Positions 26,700 through 36,799 of a DNA stretch of 54,200 nt are shown here, piece by piece. How positions within the stretch are numbered: the stretch's first letter is position 1; each line of letters begins with the position of its first letter. The stretch comes from Macrostomum lignano (Eukaryota). The notes beneath the pieces were generated by a model. It was not told the DNA's origin. It did no database searches and saw only the letters and a program-made list of their open reading frames with translations. The stretch lies in the NCBI GenBank assembly GCA_002269645.1, contig NIVC01001721.1, positions 1-54,200 on the forward strand. Direction: 5' to 3'. The translations under genes and the position numbers were made by a program.

Positions 26700-27570
26700 T
26701 AAAAAGAAGCGTCATGTAAAAATCATAGTAGCGTCATGTAAAAAATCGTAGAAGCGTCATATAAAAAATTATAGAAGCGTCATATAAAAATCATAGATGC
26801 GTCATTTAAATAATCATAGAAGCATCATATAAAAATCATAGATGCGTCATTTAAAAAACCATAGAAGCATCATGTAAACAATCATAGAAGCGTCATTTAA
26901 AAAATCATAGAAGCATCATATAAAAATCATAGATGCGTCATTTAAAAAATCATAGAAGCATCATGTAAACAATCATAGAAGCGTCATTTAAAAAAATCAT
27001 AGAAGCGTCATATAAAAATCATAGATGCGTCATTTAAAAAATCATGGAAGCGTCATGTAAACAATCATAGAAGCGTCATGTGAAAATCATAGAAGCGTCA
27101 CGTAAAGAATCATAGAAGCGTCATGTAAACAATCATAGAAGCGTCATGTAAACAATCATAGAAGCGTCATGTAAAAAATCATAGAAGCGTCATGTAAACA
27201 ATTATAGAAGCGTCATGTAAAAAAATCATAGAAGCGTCATGTAAACAATCATAGAAGCGTCATGTAAACAATCATAAAAGCGTCATGTAAACAATCATAG
27301 AAGCGTCATGTAAAAAATCGTAGAAGCGTCATTTAAAAAATCATAGAAGCGTCATGCAAAAATCATAGATGCGTCATTTAAAAAATCATGGAAGCGTCAT
27401 GTAAACAATCATAGAAGCGTCATGTAAAAAATCATAGAAGCGTCATATAAAAATCATAGATGCATCATTTAAAAAAATCATAGAAGCGTCATATAAAAAA
27501 TCATAGAAGCGTCATGTAAAAATCATAGAAGCGTCATGTAAACAACCATAGAAGCGTCATGTAAAAAATC
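26700..27570. repeat. 23-bp minisatellite (CATGTAAACAATCATAGAAGCGT), unit 5a
   Basis: Directly visible; ends abruptly at the Ngaro-like terminus. Confidence 0.95.
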
Positions 27571-27975
27571 ATTAAACCCCAAAAGACTAACGCAGAGTAA
27601 AAGCAAGTGGCACAAAAGACCGGCAGACGCGGCCCAGAAAGGGAAAACGAACCCCTTAAGCGACGAAATATATTGATTTTGTAATTTAAAAGAAAAAAAT
27701 ATTTTGCCAAAATTACGCCGACTCAGCGGCCGCGACGCGTGACTAAATAGCACAGAGCGGGGGGAGGCTGCCCTAAGCCCTGCACGCACGCAGAGCACCA
27801 GCACCCCACCAACCCACCAAAGCGAGGCCGGGCCGGCGCGGGGGGGGGTTTAAAACCAGTTAGAGTCAGATACCTGCCTCAAACTGACGTATTAAACCCC
27901 AAAAGACTAACGCAGAGTAAAAGCAAGTGGCACAAAAGACCGGCAGACGCGGCCCAGAAAGGGAAAACGAACCCC
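27571..27975 (-). repeat. Split direct repeat terminus: B2 27571-27655, A2 27656-27890, B1 27891-27975
   Basis: Two identical 85-bp copies (ATTAAACCCCAAAAGACT...GAAAACGAACCCC) separated by 235 bp. Confidence 0.9.
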
Positions 27976-28079
27976 AACACCAACAGAAAGAGGGAGAAGG
28001 AGACAAGCGTGTAAAATCAAATCAACGAGCCGCAGAAAAAATTAAACCAAGCCAAAAAAGCCAGGTCCAAGCAATAGCT

Positions 28080-30599
28080 CTAAGACTCGTACCTGAGCTC
28101 GGGATCTGCTTCAGCCGTCGCAACTCGCTCCGCTCGAGAACTGCGCCAGAGACCGGGGCTCAGCGCGAGCGACGCCTGCTCAAGCAACCGGGCCGCCGTT
28201 GACTCATTGAGGCAGGCCCTGCGCAGATCTTCCGGCTGCGCCTTGGCCCGGCCGAAGTAGCGCAGCAGAAACAGCAGCATGTGGCGGGGATGCGTCAGGC
28301 AGCGCGACAGCGGGTCGCTCAGCAGCTGCCAGGACCCCGGCATATGGTGAGCTCGAAACTGAAAGTCGTGCCTCAGCGCTGCCAGAGTGGCCGTTTTGAG
28401 CAGGGTCATGACGATCGGGTTGCTGGAGGCACCGCGGTTGATGGTGCCGACCGCCGCGCTGCTGTCGACGTAGCAGGCCACCTTGCCGCCGGCCAGCTGC
28501 TCCTGGAACAGAATGATGGCGAGCAGCGGCAGTACCGTCTCCTTGGCGTTGATGTGCTCGCTCAGGAAGATGCCACCGGCGTCACTGCAGAAGTCGACGA
28601 GGCGGAACTCGCGCTGGCCATCAGAGGTGCTCAGGATCATGCCACCGGCACTGACGCAGGCGTCCGTCTCGACCGCTGCCAGCACTCGTGCACGCCGCCA
28701 CAGCTTGTCGGTCGGGAACACTGGGATTGCATGCTGCCAGAACTGCAACTGGGCCAGTAGCTCGCCGCGCACCGGTACTCGATGATGCTGCTCAGGAATA
28801 GCGATGGTTATCTCCAGGAGCGCGCGAAGCAGGGCCTTTGCAGGTTTGGCCACTTTGCAGAACCAGTTCAGTTTGCCGACTAGGTGCTGAAGGCGACGTT
28901 TTTGCAGGCTCTTCGAGTTGGCGCAGTCCTGGAGAAGTTCTCGAAGGCGGTCCATCTTCTTGGCGGGCAGTGACAGCAGGCCAGTCAATGTGTCGATCTG
29001 CACACCCAGGAAAGTGACCGAAGTGGCTGGGCTCTGCGTCTTGTCCCAGTTGATCTCAAAGCCGAGGCGCTGCAGGGTGACCAGCAGAAAATTGTGCAGC
29101 TGCAGGCAGACCTCATAGTCCCGGGCAGCTATGCAGAAATCGTCGAGGTATGCGATGACGACGAATTTGGACAGATGCGAGAATTGCCTGTACATAAAGC
29201 GCTTGACAGCTTGCGTTAGGCGGTGGAAAATGTTGACTGATGCCGCCGCACCGAATGGGAGTCGCGTGTCAACCAGATAAGTGGGCTGACCGTCCAGCTC
29301 GAACGTCCACCGGAGCCCCGTCGCCTTATAGCAGTCTGGGTGCACCTGAACACTTCGGTAGGCGTGGCGTAGGTCGACCTTGCTGATGAACCAGCTTGGT
29401 GCCAGCTGCCTGGTGAGATCCTCGACATTGGCAAACTTCATCTTCTGGCGGGGCTTGTACAGATCGTTGAGGCTGTTGCCCTGTGGCGCGGACGCGTCGT
29501 GAATCAGGCGGATGGCGCCGTCTGCCTTCGGGACGGCGCCCAGTGGGCTGATGATGGTCGGCCTGGCGATGCCCAAGTCAGTTGCGCTGATGTACCGGCC
29601 AGCCACGACCTCCTCTCTGATCTGCAGCTCAACGGCATTCCGATTTGCCTCGCAGCGGGCGGATGCATGATTTTCGAGCTGGGATTCGCTGGTCGGAGCC
29701 GCGTCGGTGATGCGAAAGCCATCGCGAATTCCCGCGATCAGAAACTCCGCGTCCGAGTCTCCGAGCAGGACTGGTGTCCAAGCAGCAGTTAACAGCGGCC
29801 AACGTTTTCGGAGTGCAGCCACCGGGCCGGCAACAGGGCCGGCAGCAGCGCCGGCAGCAGGACCGGCAGCAGGGCCGGCAGCGGGGCCGGCGGCAGGGCC
29901 GGCGGCAGGGCCAGCGGCTGGGCCGGCAGCAGGACCGGCGGCAGGGCCGGCGGCTGGGCCGGCAGCAGGACCGGCGGCAGGGCCGGCGGCTGGGCCGGCA
30001 GCAGGGCCGGCAGCAGGACCGGCAGCAGGGCCGGCAGCAGGACCGGCAGCAGGGCCGGCAGCAGGGCCGGCAGCAGGGCCGGCAGCAGGGCCGGCAGCAG
30101 GACCGGCAGCAGGGCCGGCAGCAGGACCGGCGGCAGGGCCGGCAGCAGGGCCGGCAGCAGGACCGGCAGCAGGAACGGCAGCAGGACCGGCGGCAGGGCC
30201 GGCAGCAGGACCGGCAGCAGGGCCGGCAGCAGGACCGGCGGCAGGGCCGGCAGCAGGGCCGGCAGCAGGACCGGCAGCAGGAACGGCAGCAGGGCCGGCA
30301 GCAGGGCCGGCAGCAGGAACGGCAGCAGGGCCGGCAGTAGGGCCGGCAGCAGGGCCGGCGGCAGGGCCGGCGGCAGGGCGAGTGGCAGGGCGAGTGGCAT
30401 GGCGAGCGGCAGGGCGAGCGGCAGGGCGAGCGGCAGGGCGAGTGGCAGGTCGAGCGGCAAGGCGAGTGGCAGGGCGAGCGGCAGGGCCAGTGGCAGTGCG
30501 AGCAGCTGTCTCGCATGGAATTAAAATTTTGGACTGTCTATCAGACGCCGTCCGCTTAGGGCTAAAACTGGTGCCGCCGCGACCCGCCTCTTTGCTCAG
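28080..30599 (-). CDS. pol: (GPAA)n linker, reverse transcriptase, RNase H
   Basis: Motifs [67 protein letters not shown]. Frame is stop-free from 30707 to 28080 with no ATG before the RT (the track starts at GTG 29822). Confidence 0.9.
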   Translation of the reverse strand: MSKEAGRGGTSFSPKRTASDRQSKILIPCETAARTATGPAARPATRLAARPATRPAARPAARPAARHATRPATRPAAGPAAGPAAGPTAGPAAVPAAGPAAGPAAVPAAGPAAGPAAGPAAGPAAGPAAGPAAGPAAGPAAVPAAGPAAGPAAGPAAGPAAGPAAGPAAGPAAGPAAGPAAGPAAGPAAGPAAGPAAGPAAGPAAGPAAGPAAGPAAGPAAGPAAGPAAGPAAGPAAGPAAGPAAGPAAGAAAGPVAGPVAALRKRWPLLTAAWTPVLLGDSDAEFLIAGIRDGFRITDAAPTSESQLENHASARCEANRNAVELQIREEVVAGRYISATDLGIARPTIISPLGAVPKADGAIRLIHDASAPQGNSLNDLYKPRQKMKFANVEDLTRQLAPSWFISKVDLRHAYRSVQVHPDCYKATGLRWTFELDGQPTYLVDTRLPFGAAASVNIFHRLTQAVKRFMYRQFSHLSKFVVIAYLDDFCIAARDYEVCLQLHNFLLVTLQRLGFEINWDKTQSPATSVTFLGVQIDTLTGLLSLPAKKMDRLRELLQDCANSKSLQKRRLQHLVGKLNWFCKVAKPAKALLRALLEITIAIPEQHHRVPVRGELLAQLQFWQHAIPVFPTDKLWRRARVLAAVETDACVSAGGMILSTSDGQREFRLVDFCSDAGGIFLSEHINAKETVLPLLAIILFQEQLAGGKVACYVDSSAAVGTINRGASSNPIVMTLLKTATLAALRHDFQFRAHHMPGSWQLLSDPLSRCLTHPRHMLLFLLRYFGRAKAQPEDLRRACLNESTAARLLEQASLALSPGLWRSSRAERVATAEADPELRYES
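29825..30490. repeat. 12-bp GC-rich coding minisatellite (GCAGGGCCGGCA)
   Basis: Directly visible; in frame with pol. Confidence 0.95.
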
Positions 30600-31619
30600 T
30601 TTTTTGATTCGGCAGCCACCGAGCTGTGTTGCAGCTTTGAGTGGCTCCCTTCGCAGATGCGGCAGATGTGGGCGAAATTGCAGGTGTGTCTGTGACAGCC
30701 TTTGTTGCTATTGAACAAGCCGCAGATGACCTGTCCAGCGGATGACAGCTGGCCCCTGCTACGGTGACCCTGGACTCCTTGACCGACCGCGACTGGGCCA
30801 GCAGCTCGCAGGTTTTTGGGCGCCGTCATATGCTTGATGATGAGGTTCAGATCGGGGCTGTCCCAGTCGCGCTGTCGCGAGTGCTGCTGCAGCCTCATGT
30901 CCTGGTCGTACTGGAGCACCACCTTCCAGTCGTAGCCAGCGTCGAGCAGCTCGCCGATGTGGATGTTAAAGTTGAGGTAGGCGTTCAGACTCTTGCAGTC
31001 GGGCTGTCCATCCGTACCGGGCGCCACCAGCTGGCCGGTCTCCAGCAGTCGCTGCATGATCCGCGCGTTGGCAGCCACCCACTGGCCGAAGTTGACTCCG
31101 GACAGGCTCGGCGTTGCGCCTTTCAGAGTCAGGCGACCACGTTCCTGTGTCAGCCATCCTCCGACTGCTGCCTCTCGTCCAGAAATTCCGGGATGAGCAG
31201 CGCTGATGGGGCCGCTGGGCTCCGGCCGAATCAAACCTCGGTTGTCGGCTCTGGTCCCCGAACAGGCTGGCGTAGATGTCCGGCCCTCCTCTGGCCAGCG
31301 GGGGCGATGCGGCGCCACTGCGGATCGACTGCACTTCATCCCGCAACTGGGCCTCAGCCTTCTGCAGTTTAAGCAGCTCGATCCTCTTCTGAGTCTGCCG
31401 AATCTGCGCTTCTGTGGCCTCCTCCGCTGGCGCAGCCCGGCGCACGTCATCCTCGTCCTGGTCGTCGTCACCGTCGTCATCGCTGGGAGCTCGTTCGGCC
31501 TGGCTTGCAGCGAGCAGGCGGCCTATCAGCTCTTCTTTATTGCCACTTGTAGGTAAGGCCTTCTCGCGTAAGGCATCTTTGAGGGCCTGCACGGTCATGC
31601 TGCCCAACGTAGAGTCCAT
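30596..31619 (-). CDS. ORF1 (gag-like): N-terminal SAP motif, coiled coil, C-terminal CCCH/CCHC-type zinc finger; two apparent 1-nt frameshifts at about 31225 and 31165
   Basis: MDSTLGSMTVQALKDALREKALPTSGNKEELIGRLL (SAP consensus); LLIPEFLDE in a third frame; QWVAANARIMQRLL; ICGLFNSNKGCHRHTCNFAHICRICEGSH. Confidence 0.8.
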
Positions 31620-32154
31620 TGTGAGTGCAGTGCTTGGCAAATCAGGCAGGCTAAAATTATTGCTCGACAAATTGCTCGATGCTAAAGGCATTAAATATTC
31701 GAAAAACATGCTTTTTTGCAAAGGTCAAGCAAACTTTTCGACTTGAAATGCATTGTAAGAATGCTAGAGAAAAAACTGACTGGTTGAATTCTGGTTCTGA
31801 AATAGATTGCATCATCACTGAATTGTAACTCCGACTTGAATTGAAAATGCAGTGTGGAAGCGTAGCACCAGACTTGATTTAAATTGCGTAACCATATTGT
31901 TAACTGATACTGACTGACTGAGAAACTGATTATGTCATAACTGCTTCGTGTGATTTACTCTATGCTTGGATTTTAAACTGTTGAATTATATATATATATA
32001 TAAGTGCAAAATTTGATGTTATCAAAAAGATGAGAACTAGCCTAGAGGTGAACAGACTGAACTGCTAAATGCAGCGACGATGGTTCGAATTTTCATAGAG
32101 TATAATTTTTTTAATTAAAGCTTTTCAACGTCAGGAAAACTAAAAGACTTTTTA

Positions 32155-34220
32155 AAAAGAAGCGTCATGTAAAAATCATAGTAGCGTCATGTAAAAAATC
32201 GTAGAAGCGTCATATAAAAAATTATAGAAGCGTCATATAAAAATCATAGATGCGTCATTTAAATAATCATAGAAGCATCATATAAAAATCATAGATGCGT
32301 CATTTAAAAAACCATAGAAGCATCATGTAAACAATCATAGAAGCGTCATTTAAAAAATCATAGAAGCATCATGTAAACAATCATAGAAGCGTCATTTAAA
32401 AAATCATAGAAGCATCATGTAAACAATCATAGAAGCGTCATTTAAAAAATCATAGAAGCATCATATAAAAATCATAGATGCGTCATTTAAAAAATCATAG
32501 AAGCATCATGTAAACAATCATAGAAGCGTCATTTAAAAAAATCATAGAAGCGTCATATAAAAATCATAGATGCGTCATTTAAAAAATCATGGAAGCGTCA
32601 TGTAAACAATCATAGAAGCGTCATGTGAAAATCATAGAAGCGTCACGTAAAGAATCATAGAAGCGTCATGTAAACAATCATAGAAGCGTCATGTAAACAA
32701 TCATAGAAGCGTCATGTAAACAATCATAGAAGCGTCATGTAAACAATTATAGAAGCGTCATGTAAAAAAATCATAGAAGCGTCATGTAAACAATCATAGA
32801 AGCGTCATGTAAACAATCATAAAAGCGTCATGTAAACAATCATAGAAGCGTCATGTAAAAAATCGTAGAAGCGTCATTTAAAAAATCATAGAAGCGTCAT
32901 GCAAAAATCATAGATGCGTCATTTAAAAAATCATGGAAGCGTCATGTAAACAATCATAGAAGCGTCATGTGAAAATCATAGAAGCGTCACGTAAAGAATC
33001 ATAGAAGCGTCATGTAAACAATCATAGAAGCGTCATGTAAACAATCATAGAAGCGTCATGTAAAAAATCATAGAAGCGTCATGTAAACAATTATAGAAGC
33101 GTCATGTAAAAAAATCATAGAAGCGTCATGTAAACAATCATAGAAGCGTCATGTAAACAATCATAAAAGCGTCATGTAAACAATCATAGAAGCGTCATGT
33201 AAAAAATCGTAGAAGCGTCATTTAAAAAATCATAGAAGCGTCATGCAAAAATCATAGATGCGTCATTTAAAAAATCATGGAAGCGTCATGTAAACAATCA
33301 TAGAAGCGTCATGTAAAAAATCATAGAAGCGTCATATAAAAATCATAGATGCATCATTTAAAAAATCATAGAAGCGTCATATAAAAAATCATAGAAGCGT
33401 CATGTAAAAATCATAGAAGCGTCATGTAAACAACCATAGAAGCGTCATGTAAAAAATCATAGAAGAGTCATGTAAACAATCATAGAAGCGTCATGTAAGC
33501 AATCATAGTAGCGTCATGTAAACAATCATAGAAGCGTCATGTAAACAATCATAGAAGCGTCATGTAAGCAATCATAAAAGCATCATGTAAACAATCATAG
33601 AAGCGTCATGTAAACAATCACAGAAGCGTCATGAAAAAATCATAGAAGCGTCATGTAAACAATCATAGAAGCGTCATGTAAACAATCATAGAAGCGTCAT
33701 GTAAAAAATCATAGTAGCGTCATGTAAACAATCATAGAAGCGTCATGTAAAAAATCATAGAAGCGTCATGTAAAAAATCATAGATGCGTCATTTAAAAAA
33801 TCATAGAAGCATCATGTAAACAATCATAGAAGCGTCATTTAAAAAATCATAGAAGCGTCATATAAAAATCATAGATGCGTCATTTAAAAAATCATAGAAG
33901 CGTCATGTGAAAATCATAAAAGCGTCACGTAAAGAATCATAGAAGCGTCATGTAAACAATCATAGAAGCGTCATGTAAACAATCATAGAAGCGTCATGTA
34001 AACAATCATAGAAGCGTCATGTAAAAAATCATAGAAGCGTCATGTAAACAATCATAGAAGCGTCATGTAAACAATCATAGAAGCGTCATTTAAAAAATCA
34101 TAGAAGCGTCATGTAAACAATCATAGAAGCGTCATGTAAAAAATCATAGAAGCGTCATGTAAAAAATCATAGAAGCGTCATGTAAAAATCGTAGAAGCGT
34201 CATTTAAAAATCATAGAAAA
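32155..34220. repeat. 23-bp minisatellite (CATGTAAACAATCATAGAAGCGT), unit 5b
   Basis: Directly visible. Confidence 0.95.
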
Positions 34221-35064
34221 TCATAAAAATCAAAAATTAAATGCAGCTATAATGCTGTGCTGGGGAGAAAAACTGAGACGTAAAGGCTCTCAGAGAATAA
34301 CTGCTGAGATTACGGGGGGGGGTTTCTGAGATGTCAAAGCAAAAGTCAGAAGCTACTTCAAAGTTCATGTACTTTACTCAATTTTTTTATTGCATTCTTT
34401 GTTGGCTCGCCACGGGAGGCGCTTATAGAAGAAGAGTCATGTAAAAAATAAAAGTAGCACTACGAGCATATGTACGAGCTATACATAAAAGAAAAGTCAT
34501 GTTCAAGTTAAAAGATTCATTTGGGAATTGCTACGATGTCAAAGCTTGGTGGAAATCGTTATAGTGCTGTGATTCTTAAAGAAGGAATCACTAAAATGTC
34601 AAGGCTTAGGGGAGAAGAATTGCTGAGATTTCAAGGCTTTAGGTTGGGTTAAAGTTAGGTTTAGGTCAGGTGTGGGTTGAGGGTTATATTTTATCGGGTT
34701 TCAAGGTTAACAGAATAACAGGGGATTTTTTAGATTTCAAGGTTTATGGAGGCCATCGCTGACATGTTAAGGCTTACGGGGGGAATAGCTGAGATGTCAA
34801 GGCTCACGGGGTATAAATGAGATTTCAAGGCTAAAGTCAGAAGCTACATGTAGTTTATTGAAAACTTTTTATTACATTATTTGATGCCTCCTCAGGGGAG
34901 GGATCGCTGATAAAAAAAGCGTAATGTAAAAAATAAAAGAAGCTTCATGTCGAAGTTAAGAGATTCATTTGGGAATCCCTACGATGTCGAGGCTTGCAGG
35001 AAATCGCTATAATGCTGTAGTAGTGCTATAGTGACTCTTAGAGAGAATTACTGAAATTTCAATG

Positions 35065-35126
35065 TTAGGTTAGGGTTAGGGTTAGGGTTAGGGCTAGGGT
35101 TAGGGTTAGGGTTAGGCTAGGGTTAG
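35065..35126 (+). repeat. Interstitial telomeric repeat (TTAGGG)~10
   Basis: Directly visible inside the unit 5b 3' region. Confidence 0.9.
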
Positions 35127-35352
35127 AAGGTTGACAGATATTTTTAGATTTCCAAGGCTTATTGGGGGCATTGCTGAGATGTCAAGGGGGGAAGTTGATA
35201 TGTCAAAGCTTGTGGGGGGGGGGAATTACTGACATGTCAAGGCTTACAAGGTTTGACAGGAGATTTTTTAAGATTTCAAGGATACATGTAGCTTATTAAA
35301 AAAACGTGTATTGCATTTATTTGGCTCCCCAACGGGGGGCGTAGATTGCTAG

Positions 35353-35677
35353 TGATGATACTAAAACTGGCTTTGTTACACATTAATTATAAGATTTCGT
35401 TAATTGCAATGACGCAGTTTTCCAGGTCTACATCTCAATTCCTGTATTCCTACTAATTTCTAGTTCACGTGATTCGAGTAGCATGAAGGTACTATTTTTT
35501 GGCGAAATTCGCCACTACAAGTAAATTGAAATGGAAATTTTGGCGCTTCTTTAATTGAACGTTGAAGAATTTTGCCAGTTATAAAATAAATTTATGCAGG
35601 TAATTAAGGAAAAGCACTCGACACTTAGCCATCGACTCCACCCTCCAGGCGGGGGGGGGGGGGGGGCGAACCGCTAG
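35353..35677 (+). mobile_element. Mini Helitron-like unit (about 325 bp)
   Basis: Degenerate start TGATGATACTAAAA. Ends with a C-rich/G-run hairpin and CTAG, followed by TCCACTATACTAAAA. Confidence 0.55.
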
Positions 35678-36799
35678 TCCACTATACTAAAATCCATTCT
35701 GCTATTCCCGATATGGATAACAACTGAGTACATCCAATAAATTGATGTAAACTATAATAATCGTACATCCAATAAATTGGATGTACGAGTACCATTGGAA
35801 AGTAGTCGTACACCATGGTTAAGGTTGCCAATTATTTTTTCGGCAATTTGAAAATTATCTTGAATGAAAAACTGCAGAAAAACAAGAAAACACCGTCAGA
35901 TGTACTAATGAGACGAAAATAACACGAAGATTTATTATTTTTTAGCTGGCTGAAATTTTCCACAACCGATGCGCGCTCCGTGGCTGTTGTTGACTTCGGG
36001 CAGGGGGGGGGGCAGTTTTGGCGGGGATGAGGCAGCAAGCGCGAGCTCTCTGCAAATTTATCCATTTTTCAGACACGGAGATAACAAAAACACGACCCAT
36101 CGATGCTGAGAATGCTGATTTTTTAGTAGCTCAATAAGGTTTCTCAGCCAGAAAATCGTCCCCACTGGGATTAGATTGGATGAGGCAGTTGCATGAAAAC
36201 CACGATGCTTAATAATAAACAGGTGACGTACAGATTGAGGAAAATGTGAAATATTATATGAAAGGTGACATCAATTTATAAATGTTTGCAAATAATCTTA
36301 ACCATTAATTGAAAAGGCATTGCGATATGTTTGCCTTGCGTACACTGGGTTTCACAGTAATTATTACAGTAATGTGTGGCAACATATCTCACAGATTTAA
36401 CCTATTGAGTCGTATTGAATCGAATATTCAAAAGCGCGTTAAACTGATCAGTGTAAGAATTCTAAGCCAGTTTGAGCTACTCGAACCACGCTGCGAGCTT
36501 GCTCAAAGTGTCGGTGAGTGCTAGCGGTGCGTCCTCAATTCAACAGTTTCTTGCACGTTAAGTGGCGTGCTAATCAGCTGTCCCTAACTCATTAGCCTTG
36601 GTGACTCAATTGTGCCGGCACCCTGAGGGCCCGGTGCACACGGTGCTCATTTTGCCAATGGAATTTAATTTTTTCCTCCTTTGTTTTAGAGACATAGTTG
36701 TAAACGACGGACAATTCAAGTTTGAGTTTGTTCAAAACAACTTATTTGCGGTGACGACTTGAATACTTTCAGTAATGGGACGCTCTGCTTCCAGGTGAG

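Larger units (their letters stand above)
27571..31668 (-). mobile_element. Ngaro/DIRS-type (split direct repeat) retrotransposon, 5'-truncated, lacking tyrosine recombinase
   Basis: ORF1 with a Cys/His zinc finger, an RT-RNase H ORF of DIRS type, and a 3' B1-A2-B2 arrangement with identical 85-bp repeats. No A1 copy upstream of ORF1. Confidence 0.85.
26049..35352 (+). mobile_element. Helitron unit 5 (composite 5a/5b, interrupted by an Ngaro-like element)
   Basis: TCCTATATACTAAAA start with (TCTA)n. Segment from 26216 is repeated from 31669. Different 23-bp monomer. 3' hairpin GCTCCCC-AAC-GGGGGGC and CTAG at 35349-35352. Confidence 0.82.
8803..35677 (+). mobile_element. Head-to-tail array of non-autonomous Helitron-type elements (5 large units plus 1 mini unit; another 5' end at 35678)
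   Basis: A recurrent GC hairpin, an 8-nt or similar spacer, then CTAG|T, with TC(C)TATATACTAAAA following at 13519/13520, 18562/18563, 22911/22912 and 26048/26049, and variant starts at 35352/35353 and 35677/35678. The array starts at A|TC at 8803. Matches the established Helitron TC...hairpin-CTRR termini and A|T target. No RepHel ORF. Confidence 0.85.

Noticed and set aside
29707-30714. Plus-strand 335-aa (GPAA)n ORF as a separate gene
   Set aside because: Antisense shadow of the pol linker repeat.
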